Shown here: positions 1 to 10,280 of the stretch, in pieces
Layout: each line of letters opens with the position of its first letter
How positions within the stretch are numbered: the first letter of the stretch is position 1
Source of the DNA: an uncultured Acidobacteriota bacterium
GTDB lineage: Bacteria > Acidobacteriota > Thermoanaerobaculia > UBA5066 > DATFVB01
Reading direction: 5' to 3'
Assembly: GCA_963813155.1 (NCBI GenBank)
Contig: CAWEYG010000003.1
Coordinates: 736,001 to 800,000, forward strand
Length of the DNA: 64,000 nucleotides
Position numbers and translations under genes: made by a program
The notes under the pieces: generated by a model
What the model was told of the DNA's origin: nothing
What the model saw: only the letters and a program-made list of their open reading frames with translations
The model's database searches: none

Positions 1-99
1 GCGGCCGCCGCCCTTCTCCTCCTCGCCGCGACGGCAAGCTCGCTGCCCGCCCTTCGAGCGTCGAGAATCGATCCGATGACGGCGCTGCGGGAAGACTGA
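1..99 (+). CDS. C-terminal end of ADOP/MacB-family ABC permease (partial, runs off window)
   Basis: Frame 1 reads ...SSLPALRASRIDPMTALRED*, the same terminal motif as the two permeases that follow. Confidence 0.85.
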   Translation, partial: AAAALLLLAATASSLPALRASRIDPMTALRED

Positions 100-124
100 T
101 GCACGGACGAAAAGGAGACCTTCC

Positions 125-2581
125 ATGAACGGACTCGGCCAGGACGTTCGCTTCGCGCTGCGGAGCTTCCGCAAGTCGCCCGGCTTCACGGCGGTCGCGG
201 TTGTGACGCTCGCGCTCGGCATCGGCGCGAATTCCGCCATCTTCTCGGTCGTCGATGCCGTCCTGCTCCGGCCGCTGCCGTTCCGCGATCCGGGGCGCCT
301 CGTTCAGATCTTCGAGCCCCTCTCCGAAGGCCAGGGAGCGAGAAACAGCCAGTCGTACCTCGACGTCCAGGACTTTCGGTCAATGAACCGGGTCTTCACC
401 GGCATCGCCACCTACCGTTCGGAAAGCTTCACTCTCACGGGCGAGGGCGAACCGCTGCACGCTCGAGGAACGGTCGCTTCTTCGAATCTCATGGAGGTTC
501 TCGGGATTGCGCCCAAGCTCGGCCGTTCCTTCACGCCGGCCGACGACCGGCCCGGGCCGCGGACGGTTCTCCTCGCCGACGGCCTCTGGCGCCGCCGTTT
601 CGCGGGCGACCCGGGAATCGTCGGACGCACGATCCTGATCGACGGCCGCGCGTTCCGGGTCGCCGGAGTGATGCCGGCCGGGTTCCAGTTTCCGATCGAT
701 CCCCGTCCCGGCGAGCTCTGGGCGAACGCGGGACTCGACGCCGAACGGCCGGCCGACGATCCGAACGGAAAGTCGCAGGCCGAACAGCGCGGGTGGCGCT
801 CTCTTCGAACAGTCGCCCGGCTGAAGCCCGGCGTGACGATCGGCCGGGCGACGGCCGAGATGAACGCGATCGCCCGAACGCTCGCCGCGCTCCATCCGGA
901 CGAAGACGCGCGCCGGAGCGCCGAGGTCCTGGCGCTGCACGAATCGCTGGTTCGCAACCTCGAGCCCGCTCTGCTCGTGCTCTTCGGCGCCGTGGGTTGC
1001 GTGCTCCTCATCGCGTGCGCGAACATCGCGAATCTTCTGCTCGCTCGCGCGGCATCCCGCGAAAAGGAGCTCGCCGTTCGCGCGGCCATCGGAGCGAGCC
1101 GGGCCCGGATGATCCGCCAGCTTCTGACGGAGAGCGTTCTCCTCTCGCTGTTCGGCGGGGCCGCGGGGGTCCTGCTGGCGTACTGGGGAATCGCGCTCGT
1201 CGTCGCCCGCGGCCCGCGGGACCTGCCGCGGCTTTCCCAGATCCACCTCGATGGCTGGGTTCTCCTCTTCACGGCGGCGCTCTCGCTCGTCACCGGCGTC
1301 GTCTTCGGGTTGGCCCCCGCGTTGCGCTCGTCGCCTTCGCGGCTGGCCGAATCGTTGAAAGACGGTGGCCGGGGGGCGAGCGCCGGTCTCCGACAAAATC
1401 GATTTCGAAGCCTGCTCGTGATCGCCGAAGTCACGCTCGCGCTGATTCTCCTCGCGGGGGCCGGACTGCTGCTCCAGAGCTTCGTTCGTCTCCAGCGCGT
1501 CGACCCCGGTTTCCGGCCCGATCACGTCCTTTCGCTGCGCTTCAGCCTCCCGGACCGGTCCTATCCGACTTCGGCCCGGATCGCGGCATTCGTCGCGGGC
1601 ACGGTCGAACGGTGCGCGGCCGTGCCCGGCGTCGTTGCCGCGGCCGCCGTCGGTCCCCTTCCGCTCGGAGGCGGCAACATGGGAACGAGTTTCGAGATCG
1701 AAGGACATCCGACCCCGAAGGCCGAACAGCCGGGCACCGACGTCCGGATCGCGACGCCCGGATACTTCCGAACGATGGGTATTACTCTGTCTTCCGGGCG
1801 CGATTTCCAGCCCGAAGACCGGATCGACGCTCCGCCGGTCGCCATCATCAATCAGACTCTCGCGCGAAAGTTCTTTCCCGGCGTCGACCCGATCGGGCGG
1901 CGGATCCGGCCCGGACTGAGCGCCCTTCCCGGGGATCCTCCCTTCCGGCGAATCGTCGGAGTCGTGGGAGACGTCAAGCACGTCGAGCTCGCGGAGGTCG
2001 ACGGCCCGGAGACGTACCTGCCGGAGGGGCAGGTGCCGTTCAGCACGATGACGGTCGTGGCGCGCACGGCGGGAAGGCCGCTCGACGCCGAGGCCTCGCT
2101 CGCGGCCGCCGTTCACGCCGGCGATCCGACGGTGCCCGTTTTCGACGTTCGGACGATCGACGAGTACATGTCGCAGGCCGTCGCCCGGCCCCGCTTCAAC
2201 GCGGTCCTCCTCGGCCTGTTCGCCGCGCTCGCGCTCGTCCTGACGGCGGTCGGCCTGTACGGAGTCCTGTCCTATTCCGTTTCCCAGCGCACGCACGAGA
2301 TCGGAATCCGGCGCGCGCTCGGCGCCAGCGATTCCGCCGTCTACCGCCTCGTCGTCGGCCATGGCATGCGCCTCGCGGCGCTCGGTCTCGTCCTCGGAAT
2401 CGCCGGGGCTCTCGTGGCGACGCGACTCCTCTCGACGCTGCTGTTCCGGATGAAGCCGTTCGACTTTCCGACCTTCGCCGCCGTGACGCTCGGTCTCGCG
2501 CTCGTGTCCCTCGCGGCGTCGTGGCTGCCGGCCCGGCGGGCCGCGGGGATCGAGCCGACGGTGGCGCTGCGCGACGAGTGA
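125..2581 (+). CDS. ADOP-family (acidobacterial duplicated) MacB/FtsX-type ABC permease
   Basis: N-terminus QDVRFALRSFRKSPGFTAVAVVTLALGIGANSAIFSVV; VLLIACANIANLLLARA; duplicated periplasmic and FtsX halves; ends PARRAAGIEPTVALRDE. Confidence 0.95.
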   Translation: MNGLGQDVRFALRSFRKSPGFTAVAVVTLALGIGANSAIFSVVDAVLLRPLPFRDPGRLVQIFEPLSEGQGARNSQSYLDVQDFRSMNRVFTGIATYRSESFTLTGEGEPLHARGTVASSNLMEVLGIAPKLGRSFTPADDRPGPRTVLLADGLWRRRFAGDPGIVGRTILIDGRAFRVAGVMPAGFQFPIDPRPGELWANAGLDAERPADDPNGKSQAEQRGWRSLRTVARLKPGVTIGRATAEMNAIARTLAALHPDEDARRSAEVLALHESLVRNLEPALLVLFGAVGCVLLIACANIANLLLARAASREKELAVRAAIGASRARMIRQLLTESVLLSLFGGAAGVLLAYWGIALVVARGPRDLPRLSQIHLDGWVLLFTAALSLVTGVVFGLAPALRSSPSRLAESLKDGGRGASAGLRQNRFRSLLVIAEVTLALILLAGAGLLLQSFVRLQRVDPGFRPDHVLSLRFSLPDRSYPTSARIAAFVAGTVERCAAVPGVVAAAAVGPLPLGGGNMGTSFEIEGHPTPKAEQPGTDVRIATPGYFRTMGITLSSGRDFQPEDRIDAPPVAIINQTLARKFFPGVDPIGRRIRPGLSALPGDPPFRRIVGVVGDVKHVELAEVDGPETYLPEGQVPFSTMTVVARTAGRPLDAEASLAAAVHAGDPTVPVFDVRTIDEYMSQAVARPRFNAVLLGLFAALALVLTAVGLYGVLSYSVSQRTHEIGIRRALGASDSAVYRLVVGHGMRLAALGLVLGIAGALVATRLLSTLLFRMKPFDFPTFAAVTLGLALVSLAASWLPARRAAGIEPTVALRDE

Positions 2582-2623
2582 GCGGAGCGGAAGGATTTCT
2601 TTCGCGGAGAATGAGGTGAACAG

Positions 2624-5067
2624 ATGACCGGAATCCTTCAGGATCTTCGTTTTGCGGCCCGGTTGCTGCGCCGCTCGCCCGGGTTCGCGTTCGGATCGAT
2701 CGTCGTTCTCGCTCTCGGCATCGCGGCCAACGTGACTCTCTTCGGCGTCGTCGACACGGTTCTTCTCAAGCCGCTGCCCTTTGACCACCCCGATCGCCTG
2801 TATGCGATCGTCACTTCGGACGTGAAGCAGCATTTTCGCGCCGCGGCCTCGCCTCCCGACTTCCTCGACTACCGCCGGTCGGTTCGCTCCTTGAAAGACG
2901 TCGCGGCTTCCCAGCCCTGGAACCCGAACGTCACCGGCGAAGCGTCTCCCGAAAGACTGAACGCGCTGCTCGTCTCGGCGAACTTCTTTTCGACCCTCGG
3001 CGTTTCCGCCGCGCGGGGCCGAACGTTTCTTCCCGCCGAGGAAGTCGACGGCCGTGAACGGGTCGCGGTTCTCAGCGACGCTTTCTGGAGACGAAGGTTC
3101 GGCTCGGACCCATCGCGGGTCGGCAAACCGATCCGGCTGAACGGCGAAGAGTACATCGTCGTCGGCGTCATGCCCCCCGGATTCCGGTGGGGCCGCGCGT
3201 ACGGCGGGAGCGGGGCCGCGGACCTCTGGGCGCCGTTCGCGCTGACGCCCTCGCGGATTGCCCCCGACCAGCGCGGCAACGAATACCTCGACCTGATCGG
3301 CCGGCTTCGGCCGGGCGTTTCCGTCCGAGCCGCTCAGGGCGAGATCGACCAGCTCATGGAGGGATTCCGCCGAAGCTACCCGGAGAACTTTCCCCGAGGA
3401 GGGGGGCTCACCACGACGCTCGTTCCCCTCCGGGACGACCTGGTCGAAAACGTGCGCTCGCCTCTCTGGGTGCTCGTCGGTTCGGTCGGGTTCCTTCTGG
3501 CGATCGCGTGCACGAACGTGGCGGGCCTTCTTCTCGCCCGGGCCGCGGCGCGGCGGGGCGAAATCGCGATTCGGGCTTCGCTCGGCGCCACCCGGCAGCG
3601 CCTGCTGCGCCAGCTGCTCGCGGAGAGCGCCCTGCTGGCGTTTGTTGCCGGGGCCCTCGGAGCGTTTCTGGCGGCGGTCGCGTTGGGCGTCGTCCGGCGC
3701 GCGGGTTTCGAGACCTTTCCAGGACTGGAGAGAGCGAGATTCGACGGCGCCGCCGCGGTTTTCTCCGTCGGAGTCTCGGCGCTGACGGCCGTGCTTTTCG
3801 GTCTTCTCCCGGCTCTGGGGGACGACGCGTGGGAACCTCAGGGAAGAGATCGACGCGGATCGGCAGGCCTCCGGTGGAAACCGGGGCCGGCTGCGGCGGT
3901 TTCTCGTGGCCTCGCAGATGGCGTTCGCATCGCTGCTTCTGGTCGGCGCGGGTCTCCTCGTCTCGAGCCTTTCCCGGCTGCTCCAGCGTCAATCCGGGGT
4001 TCGACCCCAACGGCGTCGTCGCCGGCGAGATCTCGCTCCCCCCCTCGCGATACCCGGACCGGGCGTCCCGCGCGGCATTCGCGGAGGCTGTCCTCGCGCG
4101 CCTGCGCTCCGAGCCGGGAATTCGGGCCGCCGGCGCGGCCGAGATTCTTCCGCTCGGGGGTGAGATGAACAGCTCGACGTTCGACGTCGAGAATCGGCCT
4201 GCCGAGCCGGGAGGAACGAAGCCCCACGCCGAGAGCTGGCGAGCCTCGGTCGGCTATTTCGAAACGATGCGGATCCCGCTCTTTCGGGGGCGTCTCTTCG
4301 ATGCGACCGACCGACCCGGATCGGTGCCGGTCGCGATCGTCGACGAAGCGCTTGCGAAGAAATACTTCGGCGGGTTCGGCGCGCTCGGCAGGAGAATCGA
4401 TTTCGAGGGCGACCCGGGCGCGCCGCGATGGCGCGTCATCGTGGGAGTCGTCGGGACGATCCGCGCCCGATCGCTCGACGACGAGCCGCGATCCGCGTTC
4501 TATGTTCCTTTCGCGCAAAGGCCGCCCGGAATGATGGCGCTCGTCGCGAGGACGGGAGGCGATCCGAATCTCGCGGCCCAGGGGCTGCGATCCGCGGTCG
4601 CGGCCGTCGACCGCGACCAGCCGGTTGCCGACGTCGTGCCGCTCTCGGAGGTCCTGTCGGCGTCGGTGTCCCGCCGGCGGCTCGCGGCGGTCGCTCTCTC
4701 GGCCTTCGCCTCGTCGGCGCTCGTTCTCGCGGGCATCGGTCTGTACGGCGTCCTGGCTTACTCCGTCGCCCAGCGGCGCCGCGAGATCGGCATCCGAATG
4801 GCCCTCGGCGCCCGCCCCGGATCGGTCCTGCGCCTCGTCCTGGGCGAGAGCTCGAAGATGATCGCCCTCGGCATCGGGTCGGGCCTCGCGGGCGCGGCCC
4901 TGGCGACGCGATGGCTGACCGGCCTTCTTTACGGCGTCGCGCCGCTCGATCCCGCCACTTTCGCCGGCACGGCAGCCGTGCTCGCCTGCGTCGGTCTCCT
5001 CGCGAGCGGCCTCCCCGCCCGAAGAGCCGCGAGAATCGACCCGATGGAAGCCCTGCGATCCGAATGA
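2624..5067 (+). CDS. ADOP-family ABC permease, two apparent frameshifts (~3820, ~3985)
   Basis: Stitched from ORF 2624..4168 (N half), 3906..4163 (ASQMAFASLLLVGAGLL) and 3187..5067 (VNPGFDP...ARRAARIDPMEALRSE). Confidence 0.9.
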
Positions 5068-5110
5068 GGGTCGGCGGAATCCTGTCGTTTATGATGAAGG
5101 AGACGCAACG

Positions 5111-5776
5111 ATGATCCAGCTTCGCAACGTCGAAAAGTCGTTCCCCGCGGGAGGGGGCCGCACGTTCGTTCTGCGGCAGATCGAGCTGGGCGTGGAGGAA
5201 GGCGAGTTCGTCTCGATCATGGGCCCGTCCGGATCCGGAAAGACGACGCTCCTCTCGATTCTCGGCATGCTCGACGCGGACTGGAGCGGCGAGTACGAAT
5301 TCCTCGGCCAGTCCGTCCACCGGATGAAGCCGAAAGAGCGCGCGGAGCTCAACAAGAAGAACATCGGGTTCGTCTTTCAGCAGTACCACCTCCTCGACAA
5401 CCTGACGGTCCGCGAAAATCTCGACGTTCCCCTGTCGTACCGAAACGTCAAATCGTCCGAACGAGCGGCGCTCGTCGCGGACACGCTCGACCGCTTCCGC
5501 ATCGTCGGAAAAAAGGATCTTTTCCCCTCCCAGCTCTCCGGCGGGCAGCAGCAGCTCGTGGGCGTCGCGCGCGCGCTCATCGCGAAACCGAAGCTCATCC
5601 TCGCCGACGAACCGACCGGGAACCTCCACTCCGACCAGGGGCGGGAGATCATGGAGCTGTTTCGCGAATTGAACGCCTCCGGCACGACGATCATCCAGGT
5701 GACCCACTCCGACACGAACGCGGGGTACGGAAACCGGGTCGTCCGCCTCCACGACGGGTGGATCCAACGCGATTGA
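5111..5776 (+). CDS. ABC transporter ATP-binding protein, MacB/LolD family
   Basis: Walker A GPSGSGKT, signature LSGGQQQ, Walker B ILADEPTGNL, VTH switch. Confidence 0.95.
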   Translation: MIQLRNVEKSFPAGGGRTFVLRQIELGVEEGEFVSIMGPSGSGKTTLLSILGMLDADWSGEYEFLGQSVHRMKPKERAELNKKNIGFVFQQYHLLDNLTVRENLDVPLSYRNVKSSERAALVADTLDRFRIVGKKDLFPSQLSGGQQQLVGVARALIAKPKLILADEPTGNLHSDQGREIMELFRELNASGTTIIQVTHSDTNAGYGNRVVRLHDGWIQRD

Positions 5777-5809
5777 CGCGAGCTCTCAAACGCGGAATGC
5801 TCGCGTAGG

Positions 5810-7180
5810 ATGCCGACGACCGGAGAAACCGCGCCCCGCCTGCTCGTGGCCGACGACCAGCCGGCGGTCCTCGAGGCGATCCGACTTCTCGTCAAGCCGG
5901 AGGGCTTTCTCGTGGAAACGGCGGGCTCGCCCGCGGCGGCCCTGGATGCCGCCCGCCACCGGGAGTTCGACGCCGTCCTGATCGACCTCAACTATGCGCG
6001 CGACACGACTTCGGGGCGGGAGGGGCTCGATCTCCTGACCCGGCTTCTCGAGACCGACGAGACGCTTCCCGTGATCGTGATGACCGCCTGGGGCTCGATC
6101 GACCTCGCCGTCGAGGCCGTGCGCCGCGGTGCCCGGGATTTCGTCCAGAAGCCGTGGGACAACGCGCGCCTTGTCGCGACGCTTCGCACCCAGGTCGAGC
6201 TCGGGGCCGCGTTGCGGCGCGGGAGGCGGCTCGAGGCCGAGAACCGTCTTCTGCGGGGCGCCGGCGCGCCGCCGATCGTCGCTCAATCCGCCGCGATGCA
6301 GCCGATCCTGCAGATGGTCGCGCGGGTCGGGCCCACGGAAGCAAATGTCCTCATCACCGGGGAAAGCGGAACGGGAAAGGGACTCATCGCCCAGGCGCTC
6401 CACGCCGCGTCCCGGCGCGCCGCAGCCCCGATGGTCACGATCAACATGGGCGGGCTGCCGGAAGGCGTTTTCGAGAGCGAGCTGTTCGGGCACGTCAAAG
6501 GGGCGTTCACCGACGCGAAAGCCGACCGAATCGGGCGATTCGAGCTCGCCCGCGGCGGAACTCTGTTCCAGGACGAAATCGCGAACCTGACGCTCGCGCA
6601 GCAGGCGCGTCTCCTCCGCGTGATCGAAACCGGCGAGTTCGAGCCCGTGGGATCCTCCCGGACGCGCCGCGCCGACGTGCGAATCCTGTCCGCGACGAAC
6701 GCCGACCTGCGGCAGGAAGTCGCGGCGGGAAAGTTTCGCCAGGACCTGCTGTTCCGCCTCAATACCGTCGAGATCTCGATTCCGCCGCTCCGCGAGCGCC
6801 CGGACGACATCGCCGGCCTCGCGACGCACTTCCTCGGGCTGCACACGGTCCGCCACCGCAAAAAGGCCAACGAACTGGATCCGGCGGCGCTCGACGCGCT
6901 GCGGCGGTATCCCTGGCCCGGAAACGTGCGAGAGCTCGAGCACGTGATCGAGCGCGCAGTCCTGATGTCGGAAGGAGAGCGAATCCGCATTTCCGACCTG
7001 GGGCTCGCCTCCGGGCGCGAGACGGACACCCGCCTCGAGGAAATGGGGCTGGAAGAAATGGAAGCACTGCTGATCCGAAAGGCTCTCGCGCGCCACGAAG
7101 GCAACGTGAGCAAAGCGGCCGACGCGCTCGGCCTCTCGCGAAGCGCGCTGTACCGGCGGCTCCAGCGGCACGGAATGTGA
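5810..7180 (+). CDS. NtrC-family sigma-54-dependent response regulator (REC-AAA+-Fis HTH)
   Basis: REC (VADD...D...KPW), GESGTGK, ESELFGHVKGAFTDA, WPGNVREL, C-terminal HTH. Confidence 0.95.
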   Translation: MPTTGETAPRLLVADDQPAVLEAIRLLVKPEGFLVETAGSPAAALDAARHREFDAVLIDLNYARDTTSGREGLDLLTRLLETDETLPVIVMTAWGSIDLAVEAVRRGARDFVQKPWDNARLVATLRTQVELGAALRRGRRLEAENRLLRGAGAPPIVAQSAAMQPILQMVARVGPTEANVLITGESGTGKGLIAQALHAASRRAAAPMVTINMGGLPEGVFESELFGHVKGAFTDAKADRIGRFELARGGTLFQDEIANLTLAQQARLLRVIETGEFEPVGSSRTRRADVRILSATNADLRQEVAAGKFRQDLLFRLNTVEISIPPLRERPDDIAGLATHFLGLHTVRHRKKANELDPAALDALRRYPWPGNVRELEHVIERAVLMSEGERIRISDLGLASGRETDTRLEEMGLEEMEALLIRKALARHEGNVSKAADALGLSRSALYRRLQRHGM

Positions 7181-7190
7181 GTCGCAGGCG

Positions 7191-8546
7191 ATGCTGAAGC
7201 GGCCGCGACGCAACCACGAGGGACGGATCTTCGGCCTCGCGCTCGCCGCCGGGCTCCCCGCGATCGCCGGCGCCGGAATCCTTCTGTGGACCGCTCACGC
7301 GGGCCGGGGCCTCGCGTGGACGGTCCTCGCGCTCCTCGCGGGCTCGACCGCGGCGTTCGCGTTCGCGATTCGGAGCCGCGTCGTCCGGACCCTCCAGACG
7401 GTCGCGAACCTGCTCGGCGCGATCCGAGAAGACGACTACTCGATACGGGGAACGATCACGCCGGGCCAGGACGCCTTGAGCCTCGTCTTCTGGGAGATCA
7501 ACGAGCTCGCGGAAACCCTTCGGGGCCGGAGGCTGGGCGAGCTCGAATCCGCCGCCCTCTTGCGCGCGGTCGTCGCGAAGATCGACACGGCGATTTTCAC
7601 GTTCGATTTCGACGCGAACCTGCAATTCGTGAACCGCTCCGCGGAATCGCTCCTCGGAACGCCGGCGGACAGGCTTGTCGGGAAGCGGGCCGCGGACCTC
7701 GGCCTCGCCGAATGGCTCGAGGGCCCCGAGGCGAGGACCGTCGAGCACGTCCTTTCGGTCCCCGGCCGCTGGTCCGTGCGCCGCTCGGCCTTTCGCGAAG
7801 AGGGCCGCCCGCACCACCTCGTCGTCGTCACCGATCTCCGCCAGGCGCTGCGCGAGGAGGAGCGGCAGGCCTGGCAGCGGATCATCCGGGTCCTCGGGCA
7901 CGAGCTGAACAACTCGCTCGCGCCGATCCGCTCGATCGCAGAGAGCCTCCTCTCGGCTTCCGCGAGAACGCCGCGGTCCGCCGACTGGGATGCCGACCTG
8001 GGCCGCGGCCTCGAGGTCATCGGCTCCCGCGCGGCCGCATTGACGCGATTCCTCGAGGGATACCGGCAGCTCGCCCGGCTCCCCGAGCCGCAGCGCCGCC
8101 GGGTCGATCTCGCCGGCCTTCTCCGGCGCGTCGCCGCTCTCGAGAGCCGCGTCCCGGTTCGCGTCGCCGGAGGGCCCGACGTCGTGATCGAGGCGGACGG
8201 AGATCAGCTCGAGCAACTCTTCATCAACCTCCTACGGAACGCCGCCGATGCGGCCCTCGAGACCGGAGGATCGGTAGAGGTCGGGTGGGACCTCGGCCCG
8301 GGCGGGGTCGAAGCGAGCGTCATCGACGACGGACCCGGCATCGCCAGCACGAACAACCTCTTCGTGCCGTTCTACACGACGAAACCGGGAGGCTCGGGGA
8401 TCGGCCTGCTTCTCAGCCGGCAGATCGCCGAGGCGCACGGCGGCTCCCTGACGCTGTCCAACCGCCGCGATGCGACCGGCTGCGTCGCGCGCCTGACGCT
8501 GCCGATCGGGCCCTGGACCCGCACCGGCGACGCCGCCTTTCAGTAG
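7191..8546 (+). CDS. Membrane sensor histidine kinase (PAS-like, HisKA, HATPase)
   Basis: Two N-terminal TM segments, H-box HELNNSL, N-box NLLRNA, DDGPG, FYTTK, GSGIGL. Confidence 0.93.
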   Translation: MLKRPRRNHEGRIFGLALAAGLPAIAGAGILLWTAHAGRGLAWTVLALLAGSTAAFAFAIRSRVVRTLQTVANLLGAIREDDYSIRGTITPGQDALSLVFWEINELAETLRGRRLGELESAALLRAVVAKIDTAIFTFDFDANLQFVNRSAESLLGTPADRLVGKRAADLGLAEWLEGPEARTVEHVLSVPGRWSVRRSAFREEGRPHHLVVVTDLRQALREEERQAWQRIIRVLGHELNNSLAPIRSIAESLLSASARTPRSADWDADLGRGLEVIGSRAAALTRFLEGYRQLARLPEPQRRRVDLAGLLRRVAALESRVPVRVAGGPDVVIEADGDQLEQLFINLLRNAADAALETGGSVEVGWDLGPGGVEASVIDDGPGIASTNNLFVPFYTTKPGGSGIGLLLSRQIAEAHGGSLTLSNRRDATGCVARLTLPIGPWTRTGDAAFQ

Positions 8547-9820
8547 TACGGCTCCCAGATCCAGAAGATGAGCTCCGAAACCCGCGCGAGCAGCCCCCGG
8601 TGCGACCAGTTCGGGTACGTGATCTCCCGGCATTTCTTCATGTCGTCGTTGAACATTTCTTCGATCTGCTGCGCGAACCCCCGGTCGTAGAAGGCGACGC
8701 TCTCTTCCGCGTTCTTCCCCATCGATCGCGTGTCGAAATTGATCGAGCCGATCGTGGAGAAAACGCCGTCGACGACGAAGGATTTCGTGTGCATCATCGT
8801 CGGCTGGTATTCGTAGAACTTGACGCCGGCCTTCAACATCGGCCCGTAGTGGAGCCGCCCCGCGAGCCGCACCATCGGAAGATCGATGTTCATGCCGGGA
8901 ACCATCACCTGCACGTCGACTCCCCTCCGAACCGCCCGGATCAGGGCGTTGCGCGTCTGGCGGTCCGGTAGGAAATAGGCGTTCTGGATGTGGATGCTCT
9001 TTCGGGCCGCCTGGATGCACATGTAGTAGAGCATCTTCGGAAGCGAGGAAGCGTCTCCCCGCGAGGCCTTCATCGCCGCGACGTCGATCTTGCCGGCCGG
9101 CGCGATCTTCGGAAAGAACCTCTCCCCGGCCAGGATTTCGCCCGTCGTGAACGTCCAGTCTTCGGAGAAAATCGCCTGCATCTGCGCCGCGACGGGACCT
9201 TCGACGCGAACCTGCGTGTCGCGCCATTCGGAGGTGGTTCGGGCGTCACCCAGCCACCGCTTGTCGATGCCCAGGCCGCCCGTGTATCCGACCTTTCCGT
9301 CCACGATCAGGAGCTTCCGGTGCGTGCGCTTCCCGATCTTGTAGATCGAGATCAGGCGGATCGGACGGTACACCTTCACGTTCACGCCCGCCTGCTTGAG
9401 CGGTTCCTCGAGGTCGCCCAGGGAGCTCCCGTAGCCGTCAATGAGGAGCCGGACCTCGACGCCTCGCTTCGCCGCGTCGATCATGGCGTCCGCGAACTGG
9501 CGGCCCGCCGCGTCCGGCTGAAAGATGTACGTCTCCAGGTTCACACTCATTTTCGCGGCGCGGATCTCGCGGGTCATCGCCGGGAAGATCTGATCGCCGT
9601 TCTTCAGAAGCTCGGCGGAGTTTCCGCTCGTCATGCTGCTCTCCAGCGTGTCGAGCGAACGGCGGAACTGGGGCTCCTCCACGCCGAAGTCCGGCTTGAA
9701 GTGATAGATCTCCCTCTTCTCCGAAGCGATGACCCCGCGAAGAACGGTGCAGCCCGAAAGGGCAAGAGCCGTTCCGGCGAGGCCGGTGAGCAGCGCGGCG
9801 ACCCGAATCTTCACGAACAT
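8540..9820 (-). CDS. Phospholipase D / cardiolipin synthase family protein, probable lipoprotein
   Basis: Two HKD motifs (HRKLLIVD, HTKSFVVD), GSINFD. Start placed at ATG 9820, downstream of the terminator at 9861-9885. Signal peptide ends LSG-C. Confidence 0.9.
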   Translation of the reverse strand: MFVKIRVAALLTGLAGTALALSGCTVLRGVIASEKREIYHFKPDFGVEEPQFRRSLDTLESSMTSGNSAELLKNGDQIFPAMTREIRAAKMSVNLETYIFQPDAAGRQFADAMIDAAKRGVEVRLLIDGYGSSLGDLEEPLKQAGVNVKVYRPIRLISIYKIGKRTHRKLLIVDGKVGYTGGLGIDKRWLGDARTTSEWRDTQVRVEGPVAAQMQAIFSEDWTFTTGEILAGERFFPKIAPAGKIDVAAMKASRGDASSLPKMLYYMCIQAARKSIHIQNAYFLPDRQTRNALIRAVRRGVDVQVMVPGMNIDLPMVRLAGRLHYGPMLKAGVKFYEYQPTMMHTKSFVVDGVFSTIGSINFDTRSMGKNAEESVAFYDRGFAQQIEEMFNDDMKKCREITYPNWSHRGLLARVSELIFWIWEPYY

Positions 9821-9860
9821 TCGACAGCCGAAAATAGCAACATTCGTGCCGCCGGAGCGC

Positions 9861-9885
9861 AAAAAAAACCCCGCCGAAGCGGGGT
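9861..9885 (-). terminator. Intrinsic terminator
   Basis: Minus strand ACCCCGC-TTCG-GCGGGGT followed by a T-tract, just downstream of the 9924..10280 gene. Confidence 0.9.
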
Positions 9886-9923
9886 CCCGGATCACTCCGG
9901 GCCGCTGGTGATGGCTCCAGCGG

Positions 9924-10280
9924 TCAAGGCATCAGACGGATTTTCTCGATATCGAGCTTGTCCCCCTTCAGGTCGCCGACGATCTGCACTCGCTGGCCAG
10001 CGTAACCGGCGGCCTTCTTCTGGTTCTCGATGTTGTAGGTCTTGTTCGATTCGGTATCGGCGAGCACGTACTTCGCGCCCCCTTCGACGCACGCCTTCGT
10101 ACAGACGGCCGTTGAGTACTGGGCAACGCCCCCGTGTTTTCGCTGCATCTCGGAGTGATCGAGGCCGCACATGCTGTCGCTGATGTAGCCGATGACGGTC
10201 ACGTCATCATGGGCGAGCAGGCTGCCCGCGGCGGCCAGCATGAGTATCGTGACGCCGACGGCGGAAAAAATGCGTTTCAT
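9924..10280 (-). CDS. Small secreted Cys/His-containing hypothetical protein (probable OB-fold)
   Basis: SD GGAGG then ATG 10280; signal peptide MKRIFSAVGVTILMLAAAGSLLA; GYISDSMCG...CTKAC...YVL...AGQRVQIVG. Confidence 0.75.
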   Translation of the reverse strand: MKRIFSAVGVTILMLAAAGSLLAHDDVTVIGYISDSMCGLDHSEMQRKHGGVAQYSTAVCTKACVEGGAKYVLADTESNKTYNIENQKKAAGYAGQRVQIVGDLKGDKLDIEKIRLMP

